From: Chiloscyllium plagiosum
Taxonomy: Eukaryota
Direction: 5' to 3'
DNA: 64,000 nucleotides
NCBI RefSeq assembly: GCF_004010195.1
Contig: NC_057718.1
Location: 11,577,186 to 11,641,185 of the forward strand
Position 1 is the first letter of the stretch. Each line of letters opens with the position of its first letter. The notes under the pieces are model-generated. The model saw only the letters and a program-made list of their open reading frames with translations, did not search any database and had not been told where the DNA came from. Positions 50,420 to 61,896 of the stretch are shown in pieces. The translations under genes were made by a program, and so were the position numbers.

Positions 50420-51671
50420 TTATTCAGGATTGATTTGAGAAATGAGGATTTTGGTGTTGTAGCTGTAGGAGAATGCCTGATTCTGTGCTGCATTTAATAC
50501 AAGGACCTCCTGCAGGTGGCACAGTCATCCCTAACAGGCCCTGACCTGGTCTGGCCCACATGTGACTCCAGACCAAAGCAATGTGGTCAATTCTTAATTG
50601 TTCTCTGGACCGTTAGGAATTGGCAATAAATGTTGGGGCAAGCCAACAACTCCCATATCCTGTGAATGAATATTAAAAAATTACGATCTCCAAGTTGCCT
50701 TCAAGCAGCACATCAATCTGGCTTGGACTGTATTCCCAGTCCTTCCTGGCAACAGGGTGAAAATGCCAGAACTTCCTGCTAAATAAAGTCACCAGAATTC
50801 CTTCACCCAACAGAATGCAGTGGTTCAGGTTTGTGGCTCATTGTTACCTTCTCAAGGGCAGCTAGGGCTGAGCCATAAATGTTGGCACTCCCAGTGACAT
50901 CCACTGCAAGACCCATTTCTCAAAATATACGCTTGAATCATCGAGGAGTCAGAATAACTTTCAGAATCTCAAATCATTTCCTGGATTAACATTTGGACAA
51001 ATCTTGCACAAACTTTGCTTTTTGGAGAAGGAATCCTTAACAGCGAACTTGATGAATGAGTTTGTTTTAAGCTATGGATAACTGCTAAATGACGCAGAGG
51101 CTATGTTCGTCCAAACTACATCACTGAACCACGAAAGTTTTCTTTATGGATGACCCTCGAGTTAAACAATACATTTTAGGTCACTGCCTTCTTTTCATTC
51201 ATTTACATGACATGGACATCACTGGCTAGATCAGCATTTATAGCTTATCCCCAGTTGTTAAGAGTCATCCCACATTGCTGTGGGTCTGGAATCTCCAGTT
51301 GGCCAGACCAGGTAAGAATGGCAGGGTTCCGTCCCTAAAGAATGCTGGTGAACCAGACGGGTTTTAACAGCAATCTACACTGGTTACACAGTTGCCTTCA
51401 GCCGGCTTCTTTAATATTTTTTCCAGATGTTGTCGAATTCAAATTTCACAGACTGCCAGGGTGGGGTTTAACCTCATGTGTCCAGAATATTGGCCTTGGG
51501 TTCTGGATGGCTAGCCCAGTGAGATGACCACTATATCACCACCTTACCTTCTTAGCCTCAGATGAAATACTGCAAGGAAAAGAGATCGCTAACGAGAAGG
51601 AACTGAGAAAGACGTTGTCAAAAAACTTGACCTAAATTTTCTCCTGTCCTTGACTCCTTGATTAACGAGGA

Positions 51672-52015
51672 AGGGTGGCTCAGTGGTTAGTCCACTGCCT
51701 TTCAGCACCAAAGACATGGGTTTGATTCTAGCCTTGGGGTTTGCACATTCTCCCTGCGTGGGTTTCCTCTGGGTGCTCTGGTTTCCTCCCACAGTCCAAA
51801 CGTGCAGATTGGGTGGATTGGCTGTGCTAAATTGTCCTATAGTGTCCAGGGATGTGCAGGCTAGGTAGATTAACCATGGGAAATGCAGAGTGATGGCGAT
51901 AAGGTTGGGGGTGGGGGTGGGGGTGGGGGGCGGAGGTTGGGTCTGGGTGGGATGCTTTTCAGATGGTCAGTACAGACTTGGTGTGTCGAATGCCCTCCTT
52001 CTGCTCTGCAGGTAT
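51672..52015 (+). mobile_element. HE1/V-SINE variant
   Basis: ggtggctcagtggttag...gggtttcctctgggtgctctggtttcctcccacagtccaaa. Confidence 0.8.
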
Positions 52016-52159
52016 TCAATGATTCCAAAGCTTGGTCAATGGACTTCCATTGGATTGATTCATGCTCCAGAGCAGGGCACTGCAGTGGTCTACTCCTGCC
52101 TTCCACAAGATGAGTGACCAGGAAGCTTTCCTGCTCTTACTGCTTACCAATGGGCGTAT

Positions 52160-52795
52160 TAGAGTCATAGAGATGTCCAGCATGGAAACAGACCCTTCAG
52201 TCCAACCTGTCCTTGCCAACCAGATATCCCAACCCAATCTAGTCCCACCTGCCAGAACCTGGCCCATATCCCTCCAAACCCTTCCTATTCATATACCCAT
52301 CCAAATGCCTCTTAAATGTTGTAATTGTACCAGCCTCCACCACTTCCTCTGGCAGCTCATTCCATACACACACCACTCTCTGCATGAAAAACCTGCCCCT
52401 TAGGTCTCTTTTATATTTTACAGCTGCAACATGACCTCCCAACTCCTGTACTCAATACTCTGACCAATAAAGGAAAGCATACCAAACGCCTTCTTCACTA
52501 TCCTATCTACGTGCGACTCCACTTTCAAGGAGCTATGAACCTGCACTCCAAGGTCTCTTTGTTCAGCAACACTCCCCAGGACCTTACCATTAAGTGTATA
52601 AGTCCTGTTCTGATTTGCTTTCCCAAAATGCAGCACCTTGCATTTATCTAAATTAAACTCCATCTGCCACTCCTCAGCCCATTGGCCCATCTGGTCAAGA
52701 TCCTGTTGGAATCTGAGGTAACCCTCTTCACTGTCCACTACACCTCCCATCTGCAAACTTATTAACTATACCTCTTGCGTTCACACCCAAATCAA
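52160..52795 (-). mobile_element. Young CR1/HER1 3' fragment with internal deletion
   Basis: QQDLDQMGQWAEEWQMEFNLDKCKVLHFGK...YRSWEVMLQL is joined directly to YKRDLRGRFF.QRVV. Confidence 0.92.
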
Positions 52796-52799
52796 TTCC

Positions 52800-53020
52800 C
52801 ATTCTCCCCGTGTCTGCGTGGGTTTCCTCCGGGTGCTCCGGTTTCTTCCCACAGTCCAAAGATATGCAGGTCAGGTGAATTGGCCATGCTAAATTGCCTG
52901 TAGTGTTAGGTAAGGGGTAAATGTAGGGGTATGGGTGGGTTGCGCTTCGGCGGGTCGGTGTGGACTTGTTGGGCTGAAGGGCCTGTTTCCACGCTGTAAT
53001 GTAATGTAATCTAATCTAAT
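52800..53020 (+). mobile_element. Headless HE1/V-SINE
   Basis: Starts at cattctccccgtgtctgcgtgggtttcc; tail gtaatgtaatctaatctaat. Confidence 0.88.
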
Positions 53021-53410
53021 TATCGAAATTGTTCAACCTGTTTGACTGCTTTATGAATACACCTTCCATCTTGGCAGTGACCATCCCAACAAAAGAGAGC
53101 CGAAACATCTTTTCTGAACATTCCATGAGATTACCATCTCTGGCTAACCATCAGGGGAGGAGGATCACCATTGACAAGAGAGTCAACTGGACCAGCTACA
53201 TAGGAACTGTGGCAACTAGAATAGGACTCATACCTGCCGCCTCTGGTCCAGTAAGCTGACAACTGCCCTATTGGACCTCCTACAAAATAGTTCATATCAA
53301 TTTTAAATGTTGAGCATGACATAATCTGAGATATGAAGAAAAATCTGCAATTTTTTAAAGTTGCCTGTTCTTTGGCAAAGGGAAAGCTTCTAAGGAAGTG
53401 GAGTTTTTTA

Positions 53411-53719
53411 ATTAGATCCCCTGCCAGTGTGGAAACAGGCCCTTTGGCCTAACCAGTCCACACCGACCCTCCAAAGAGTAACCCACCCAGACCCATTTCC
53501 CTCTGACTAATGCACCTAACACTATGGGCAATTTAGCATGGCCAATTCACCTGACCTGCACATCTTTGGACTGTGGGAGAAAACTGGAGAACCCAGAGGA
53601 AACCCATGCAGACACGGGGAGAATGTGCAAACACCACACAGTCACCCGAGGCTGGAATCAAACCTGGGACCCTGGTGTTGTGAGGCAGCAGTGCTAACCA
53701 CTGAGCCACTGTGCCGCCC
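53411..53719 (-). mobile_element. Full-length HE1/V-SINE
   Basis: Reverse complement of gggcggcacagtggctcagtggttagcactgctgcctcac... Confidence 0.9.
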
Positions 53720-55094
53720 TACTGTAAGTTAATTGCAGTATGTCTGATATGTGACCCTGACAGATTGTTAGGCATGGGGTGTTGACTAAATCTTGATTAA
53801 AAAGATCAGGTCTGACTCTGGGCTTTCTCTGTCCCTTCATTTGGGGAACACATCGGTAATATATACCGAAGGATTGCGCAGGTAGGAGGGGGAGGGAAAG
53901 AATTTTCCTTGATCCTGCAAAGGGGAATGCTCTTAAGCATAAGGGCTAGATATGATTGCACATGTGGAAAGAGAGAATGAAAAGGTAGGAGTGGATTAGG
54001 ACAGAGAGGGGCTCCAGTTGGGGAAAGCTGAATTCACATGGCTTTCCATGAATAATCTTGTACAGTGTAATGTGTTTTATTTTAAGAAAAAGGTGAAATG
54101 CAACAGGAATAAAATTATTATTTATTTTTCTTATGAGTTCTGACGATGAAACTAACCACGGTATTAATTATTTTTTTAATATAGAATTCAAATTCCAATG
54201 GATTTCCCTCTCAAGAACAAAAGCAAACATCTGTGACTGTGTCAACTCTTCAAATAACATTCCCCACTTAATTAAAACATTAGTAAGGAGAAAATTGGAG
54301 GAATTCTGACACGGAAATTTGTTGCATTTGGAATGGAAACTCTGCCTTAATGCTAATGTTGAAACACATCCAGTTTCCAATACTTACTTTGAAAGGATTG
54401 CATAAATATTACAGATGCGATCAGAAGATTCAGATGTGTCGTATTTAGAGTGTACGGGAATTGTCAAGAAGCCAAAAACTTAACCTGAAAATTTCCAAAC
54501 CGGTCCTTGGTCTTTTACTAATATTCAGACCTTTAACATTTAAAAAACTGCAGGATGGTTTGTTCCAGTGAGCAGCATATCCCAACAATATCCCTGTGGA
54601 GACCTTTCATGGAAGAAATAACAATAAAAGACCCTAGAGATGGTTGCAGGAGTAGGTTCTTACAACCCCTTCAGCATGCTCCACATTCAATAATTTGAGG
54701 ACTCATATGATCTTGGCCTCTACCCCCCACTTTCCTGCCTGTTCCCCATTGTCCTTGGCTGCTTTGTAGTTCAAGAATCGAACCCAACCTTGAGTAGTTT
54801 ATGATTCAGCCTCCACTGCTCTCTCAGAAATTCCTTATGTACACCACCCACTGAGGGAACAAATTCTTCCTCGTCTCCATTTTCAATGGGACGCCCCTTA
54901 TTCTGGAACTGTGCCCCCCCCCCCCCCCCCCCCCCTCCAGTCTAGATTCACTCACAAAGGGAAACATTCCCTCAGCATTTACCCTGACTACCTCAGGGTC
55001 CTGCATGTTTGTTGAGGATTTATATAAAGATAACATTATCAAAAAATGTGGGTTGGTGAAAGAGGGGCTTCTCAGTATAATTCACTGTCAGAAA

Positions 55095-55178
55095 GGGTGG
55101 TGCTGGAAAAGCACAGCAGGTCAGGCAGCATCCGAGGAGCAGGAGAATCGACATTTCGTGCATAAGCCCTTCATCAGG
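55095..55178 (-). mobile_element. Penelope-type fragment (family A) with hammerhead core at 55150-55177
   Basis: Minus strand reads CTGATGA A GGGC TTAT GCAC GAAA TGTC gattctcc. Confidence 0.7.
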
Positions 55179-56769
55179 AGGTTTTCTCTGAGAATATGAT
55201 GAAAATTCTTCATAGGAATAAAAGTAAAAGCGCCACAGTCTTTCAGACCATAGGGGCTCATCAGAGAGATAAACTATCACCAGTGACAGTTTAACCCGAG
55301 GGTCACCACAGCTCAGACAAGGGGAGAGGTTGATAAGGAGAGTCCTTCATGGGTACTTGATGGGGGTGAGGGCGTGGATATGGTTTAAGTGAGATTGCCA
55401 GCACCGTTCCTCTGTAAAGACTGACACCAAAAATAATGGAAGTCAGAATGTGTGGAAATAGTTTCAAGTGGCTGCATAATCAGCGGAATTCAGAGAGGGT
55501 TGGTCTAAGGGTGGTCGTTAGCCTGGAAGAACATTACTGTTGAGAATTTAGGATCTTTTCTGTGTAATATTTTTACAAGTTCCTTGGAGTTGCAAGGACA
55601 GAGGTTATGTTTGTGGATGACCACAGAGCTAATGAAGATGGCGCAATTCTGAGCTGAATTCAATAACCCACAGGATGATTTGAACGTAGTTGGACATTGG
55701 TGAGAGTGGTGCTCAGTGGAAATAGCATCTGAGGAACGCCACAAAACAAAGACAACAAATAAATTCCAGGAAGAAGCTATTCCTGAAACAGAAAGCAGAT
55801 AGTGATCATGGAAAATTAGAGAAATCTCGGGGTACTGATCACCACGAGTGATGTTACCATAGCTCCAGTTATTAAAGCAAGTCAGATGTTGCAATGTATT
55901 AAAAGGTCAACATTGAGCCAAAATAGTGAGATAATCCTGGAAAAGGAATGGTGATGTAACTGTTACTTTCCTAGGATTGTAAAAGGACTAGATAATGCAG
56001 ACCAGGGATGTCAAACTTGATTATATGGTGGGTCTGATCTGGCTTCCTAACACTTGATGAGTCATTTTCTGGAGATGTTATTCAGAAACACTGGGACAGA
56101 AATTAATATTGTATTCTGCTTATTTTTCAGGACATAAAATAGACATGATGTTTACAAACTTCCGGGCCTCATGTCCTGCACTTTACCTGTATGGTACAGA
56201 TAATATCCCATTTGCAGATAAAAAATGCTCATCTTCCCAGTTACAGGCATCACTGGTGACTGTCTGAAATCAGCATTGTATCAATTTTTTTAAAAAGGCT
56301 TCCTGCACCTTTAGGATTCTTCTGTAAAACAGGTGTAAAACTTGCATTCACTAAGAAACAGCGTCTAACTTACAACCCCCTCCCCTACTTTCTCTTTCTG
56401 ACGCTGAGGGATTTTAAATCACGCAGAGGATAACAGGTTTGCATGCCCGGTACAGTTGGCTGGACAGTTAGCTTAACAATTCTGTAGTTCAAAATATCGT
56501 GCTGTTCTCATTCCTGCTCTGGCTGAGGTCAATTCACCTCTTGGTCTGAGCTCCTCATCTTCCACCTGAAGCAATACATTAAAAAGATGGTCAAGCATGA
56601 AGCATCAGCAGACAATGACACAAGGATTTGACTGTGGCCAGAGTACTTGTGACATGAAATGAAGTCTCTAATAGCATCTCCCAAAAGTGGAACAGACCTT
56701 CAGGATTATCCTAAAACCTGAACTCAGTAGCTAAGTGCATCTGTAACTCAAACAATTCTTGACAAGGGT

Positions 56770-56971
56770 CGAGAGGGTGGTGCTGGAAAAGCACAGCAGG
56801 TCAGGTAGCATCTGAGGAGCAGGAGAGTCGACGTTTCGGGCATAAGGTCTTCATCAGGAAGGGCTTTTGCCTGGAAAGTTGATTCTCCTGCTCCTCGGAT
56901 GCTGCCTGACCGGCTGTGCTTTTCCAGCACCACACTCTCGACTCTAAACTCCAGCATGTGCAGTCCTCACT
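56770..56971. mobile_element. Penelope-type inverted-repeat insertion (family A)
   Basis: 16-bp target duplication aattcttgacaagggt (56754-56769, 56972-56987); two inverted arms meet at degenerate hammerhead motifs. Confidence 0.82.
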
Positions 56972-57179
56972 AATTCTTGACAAGGGTTTGATATCAGTAT
57001 CAGAAAGGGATTTCAAACTGAGGATTCCATGACTGGCGTCTACTTGGTATCAATTGGGGTTCATTGGTTTGTTATTGTGGATTGTGCAATCCCACTCACT
57101 GCATCACTTTGACGCTGAGCTCACTGAGGCATTTCCAAATCACGTTCCCACAAAACTTTGGAAGAAACTCGCAACAAAA

Positions 57180-57770
57180 CAATCAGGACAGAGGCATATA
57201 GAAGATTATACAAGGCACTAGCCAGGCCACAGCTAGAATATACTGTGAACAGTTTGGGCCTCTTACCTAAGGAAGAATACACTGGCAGTTCAGTGAAAGT
57301 TCACTATACTCATACCAAGCATGGAGGAACATTCTTATGAGGGGTTGAGTAGATTGGGCCTGTTCATGTTGGAATGTAGAAGAACCAGAGCCAATTTTAT
57401 TGAAGCCTACAAGCTTCTTCAAGGACTTGACATGTAGATGCAGAAAGGTTGGTTTCCTGTGGGAGAGTCTGGACTAGGACGAGAGGATATCATCTCAGAA
57501 TAAGGGGGCGCACCTTTCAGGCAGAGATGAGGAGAACGTTCTTCCCTCAGAGGGTTGTGAATCTATGGAATCCTTTACCTCCGTTGATACTGCATCATTA
57601 AATATTTTCAAAGCTGACAGAGAGAGATTTTTAATCTGTAAAGGAGCGAAAGATCACGGGGAAAAGGCAGGAAAGTGGAGTTGAGGATTATCAGATCAAC
57701 CATGATCTCGTTGAATGGCATAGCAGGCGTGATGGGCTGAATGGCTTACATCTGCTCTGACATCTTGTTG
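57180..57770 (+). mobile_element. Degenerate CR1 3' fragment
   Basis: RLYKALARPQLEY; cagagatgaggag...ctcagagggttgtgaatctatggaat; tail gggctgaatggc. Confidence 0.8.
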
Positions 57771-58294
57771 TGTCAAAGGACATAGAATGGCTAAATTAAT
57801 GGTGTACGTTCCCTTCCAGGAAAGTCCGTGCTGAAGGTCCAGCTCCACTCAAAGCTAAACTGTGGAATGTCAGTGTGGAAGGAGCAATTTCCGACAATGT
57901 GATATTGATGTTGAACTCTTAATGACAAGGTGGAAGAAAATAGTTTGTTATTCTTTCATTTTTATTTTCCTTCTGATTTTCAGCCACACTGGAACCTAGA
58001 GATGACTCCTGAATTGCTGGTCTTTTGCAGAAAGTCGAAGCCTACACCATAACTGAAATGCTTTCGGTGATTATTCCAGACAGAAGCCAACCAGAAACGT
58101 GAAGGATTAAGTAAAATGAGGAGAGGAATCAACAATCCAGGCCAGTCAGTGTGGATCCAAGCACAACGATCAAATAAGCACCCACTGTGTAAGATTTCAT
58201 ATTAGTAACTCATCTACAGAGCCCATTGGTTCCAAACTAGTCAAAGGCAATATCCTGTTGGACTAATATGCTATAATATTTCCAGCACTGCTAC

Positions 58295-59009
58295 TGTTAC
58301 GACACGGGGTAAACCCTCCTGCTTATTTAAAACCAGCAACACAGAAAGGATTTATCCCGTGCAGTAATCTGTGAAAATTCAAGAGGTCAAGAATTATTTG
58401 AAGTAAAAATTAACAACTTTATTTCTTAAAGTATAACAGAGAATAATTAACTAACAATTATTTACAACTCCTTACTCTAACCTATCTTTTACCTTCCCCT
58501 CTCTGATACTAGTCCAATAAAATCACTGATTAAGATTTACAAAACAAAACTCCTTATCTCAAATCCAGGCAGCTTCCAGTTTTTTCTGTATTCCAGTCTT
58601 CTTTTTGTCTTGGGGATTCTGCTTCACAGGTTACTGATCGATAAAGGTACCTTTAAGAGAGCTATTTTTCAGGCAGTCTTTTTACAGGCTGGTGGCTTGG
58701 CAGCTCTCCTCTCAACTGTTCACTTTTCTCTGGTCTTATACTCCCAAAGCATTGGATTGTATCATTGGCTTTTAAGATTGTCAATATACTAAATTCAAAT
58801 TGGATTGGTGTTTGGTATTTTTCGGCGTATTATTTAAACTGATTGGTCTAATTCGAATCTGTTTCATCATTTCCAGGCAACTAGCTACCCTAACTACCCC
58901 AGTAGCTGGAGAACATGTTACATTGTATCTTATTGAGAACACTTGGTGCTGTCACTGCTCACTTTTAACTCTCTAAAGGGTACAGTACACCCACATCTTC
59001 ATAATAACA
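58295..59009 (-). mobile_element. Solo LTR (Gypsy-like), 715 bp
   Basis: TGTTA...TAACA termini, flanks ctac/ctaa (3 of 4 match). Minus strand has five CCAAT boxes (58751-58846), then TATAA (~58740), then AATAAA (~58420). Confidence 0.7.
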
Positions 59010-59450
59010 CTAATGCGCTTGACTCTTATACAAAACATTTTGCCTGGCTGTCTTCAAGAAGATTGTTTAATTCCATACCCTTTTTTTTAGTGTATGTGTA
59101 ATTTAAATAGTGTCATGTCATGTTTCATTGAGTTATCAATTTTCAGCTCATCAATCTGAGGGTGCACCTCTTGTGATATAGTGGGTAACGTCCCTGCCTC
59201 TGAGGCAGGAGCTCCAGGTTCAAAGTCCCACTATGGCATTGCATGGTTGCAGAAGGTGTGTCCATAATGTGAACAAACAGGTTGAGTATCAGCCCGTTTA
59301 AAAACTTCCAACACTGGTCATAACGGATGAAAAGAGCAGGTAGTCTCCTGGTCATACACGTTCGATGCAGAGTGGCACCTCTCAAACTGTAGCCTGGCAA
59401 TAGGCCGGTGACCTGTTCAAAGAAATTAGGTGGATGAAAATTCTTCAACG

Positions 59451-59795
59451 GGGCAGCACGTTGGCACAGTGTTTAACATAGCACTGCTGCCACACAGAGC
59501 CAGGGACCTGGGTTCGATTCCCGCCTCTGGTGACTTTGTGGAGTTTGCACGTTCTCCCCGTGTCCACATGGTTTCCTCCAGGTGCTCCAGTTTCCTCCCA
59601 TAATCCAAAGATGTGCAGGTTAGGTGGATTTCCCGTGCAAAATTGCCTATCGTGTCTGGGTTGGGTGAGTTAGCCATGGGAAATGCAGGGTTTCAGGGAT
59701 TGGGGGGGGGGGGGGGGATCTCGATGGGATTCTCTTCAGAGGGTCAGTGTGCACTTGATGGGCCAAACGGCCTGCTTCAACACTGTTCGGATTCT
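59451..59795 (+). mobile_element. HE1/V-SINE variant
   Basis: gggcagcacgttggcacagtg...gggttcgattccc B-box, then V-domain. Confidence 0.82.
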
Positions 59796-60620
59796 AATTA
59801 TAATCCTCGTCCTTTCTTTGTGACTATTCTCGATCAGGTGTATCCCTCAGATGACCCCACTCGCTAGGTTTGAGAAACACTTGACACTTGAACAAAGCAA
59901 AATATTGCAAATGCTGGATATCTGAAACCAACAGAGAAATTGCTGGAGAAACTCAGCCAGTCTGGCAGCATCTGTGAAGAAAGAAACAGAGTTAATGTTT
60001 TAACATGTAATGTATGACTTTTGTTCAGAGTCATGGCTGATTAAATACTTCAATACATTTTGCCCACATTAGCCCCATGACCATTCATAATCAAGTAATG
60101 TACCACTGTCTACATTAAACATGCTGAAGTAATGTCCTTCCACTGTCCTCTGGGCTACAGAATTCCAGTCATATCCGTTATGTTGGACAATTACCTCTTA
60201 ATGATTAGAACTCAGGTTCCCGGATTCAGTTGATAAACAATTGAATTGCATCATTGGAAAGCTCAGCTTTTCAATGTGATGCTGTAGTGAATGCATTTAC
60301 AAATTTATCAGCACCTTAACTGAGGGGATGAGTCCAAATCAAGCTTTTCAGAAACTCTCAATGTGTAAAAGGATGCAGAATGACATTACACAGAATGGTA
60401 GTGAATTTTCCTTTGAATTCCATAGAAACATAGAGGCCATTCAGCCCTTCGAGCCTGCTCCACCATTCATCACAGTCATGGCTGATCGTCCAACTCTAGC
60501 CTATTCCTGCTTTCTCCCCATAACCTTTGATCCCATTCGGCCCAAGTGCTATATCTGGCTGTCTCCTGAACACATTCAATGTTTTGGCATCAACTACTTC
60601 CTGTGGTATTGAATCCCACA

Positions 60621-60758
60621 GGAGAAAGTGAGGTCTGCAGATGCTGGAGATCAGAGCTGAAAATGTGTTGCTGGAAAAGCACAGCAGGTCAGGCAGCATC
60701 CAGGGAACAGGAGAATCAACGTTTCGGGCATAAGCTGTTCCAGCAACACATTTTCAGC
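60621..60758. mobile_element. Family A Penelope-type insertion inside a CR1 3' fragment (-, ~60420-60935)
   Basis: Target duplication tattgaatcccaca(gg) at 60607-60622 and 60759-60774; short inverted arm ttccagcaacacattttcagc. Confidence 0.8.
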
Positions 60759-61044
60759 TATTGAATCCCACAGGCTCACCACTCTTTGGGTGAAAAAATG
60801 TGTCCCCATCTCTGTCCTGAATGGTCCACCCCCAATCCTCAGACTGTGACTCCTGGTTCTAGAACACCCACGATTGGGAACATCACCCCTGCATCTACAC
60901 TGTCTAGTCCTGTTAGAATCTTATAAGTCTCTATACATACAGGATGCTGGACAGCATGAGCACCAAGTATCCCCCTATTCAGTTGTGCCTTTGCTCTGAT
61001 TCAAAGAAGAATCAGTCACACAATCTAATGTCAGCCCTAGTCTC

Positions 61045-61896
61045 TTGACCAGATGGGCCAATGGGCTGAGAAGTGGTAGATGGAGTTTAATTCAGATAAA
61101 TGCGAGGTGCGGCATTTTGGGAAAGCAAATCTTAGCAGGACTTATACACTTAATGGTAAGGTCCTTGCGTGTGTTGCTGAACAAAGAGACCTTGGAGTGA
61201 AGGTTCATAGCTCCTTGAAAGTGGAGTCGCAGGTAGATAGGATCGTGAAGAAGGCATTTGGTATGCTTTCCTTTATTGGTCAGAGTATTGAGTACAGGAA
61301 TTGGGAGGTCATGTTGCGGCTGTAAAGGACATTGGTTAGGCCACTGTTGGAATATTGCATGCAATTCTGGTCTCCTTCCTATTGGAAAGATGTTGTGGAA
61401 TTTGAAAGGGTTCAGAAAATATTTACACAAGGATGTTGCCAGGGTTGGACGATTTGAGCTATAGGGAGAGGCTGAACAGGCTGGGGCTGTTTTCCCTCGA
61501 GTGTCGGAGGCCGAAGGGTGACCTTATAGAGGTTTACAAAATTATGAGGGACATGGATAGGATAAATAGGCAAAGTCTTTTCCCTGGGGTTGGGGAGTCC
61601 AGAACTAGAGGGTATAGGTTTAGGGTGAGAGGGGAAAGACATAAAAGGGACCTATGGGGTAACGTTTTCATGCAGAGGGTGGTATGTGTATAGAATGAGC
61701 TGCCAGAGGAAGTGGTGGAGGCTGGTACAATTGCAACATTTAAGGGGCATTTGGATGGGTATATGAATAGGAAGGGTTTGGAGAGATATGGGCCGGGTGC
61801 TGACAGGTGGGACTAGATTGAGTTGGGATAATTGGTCGGCATGGATGGGTTGGACCGAAGGGTCTGTTTCCATGCTGTCCATCTCTTTGACTCTAT
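61045..61896 (+). mobile_element. Young CR1/HER1 3' fragment
   Basis: MEFNSDKCEV.HFGKAN...QRDLGV.VHSSLKVESQVDRIVKKAFGML...LSYRERLNRLGLFSLE; tail ctctttgactctatg. Confidence 0.95.
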
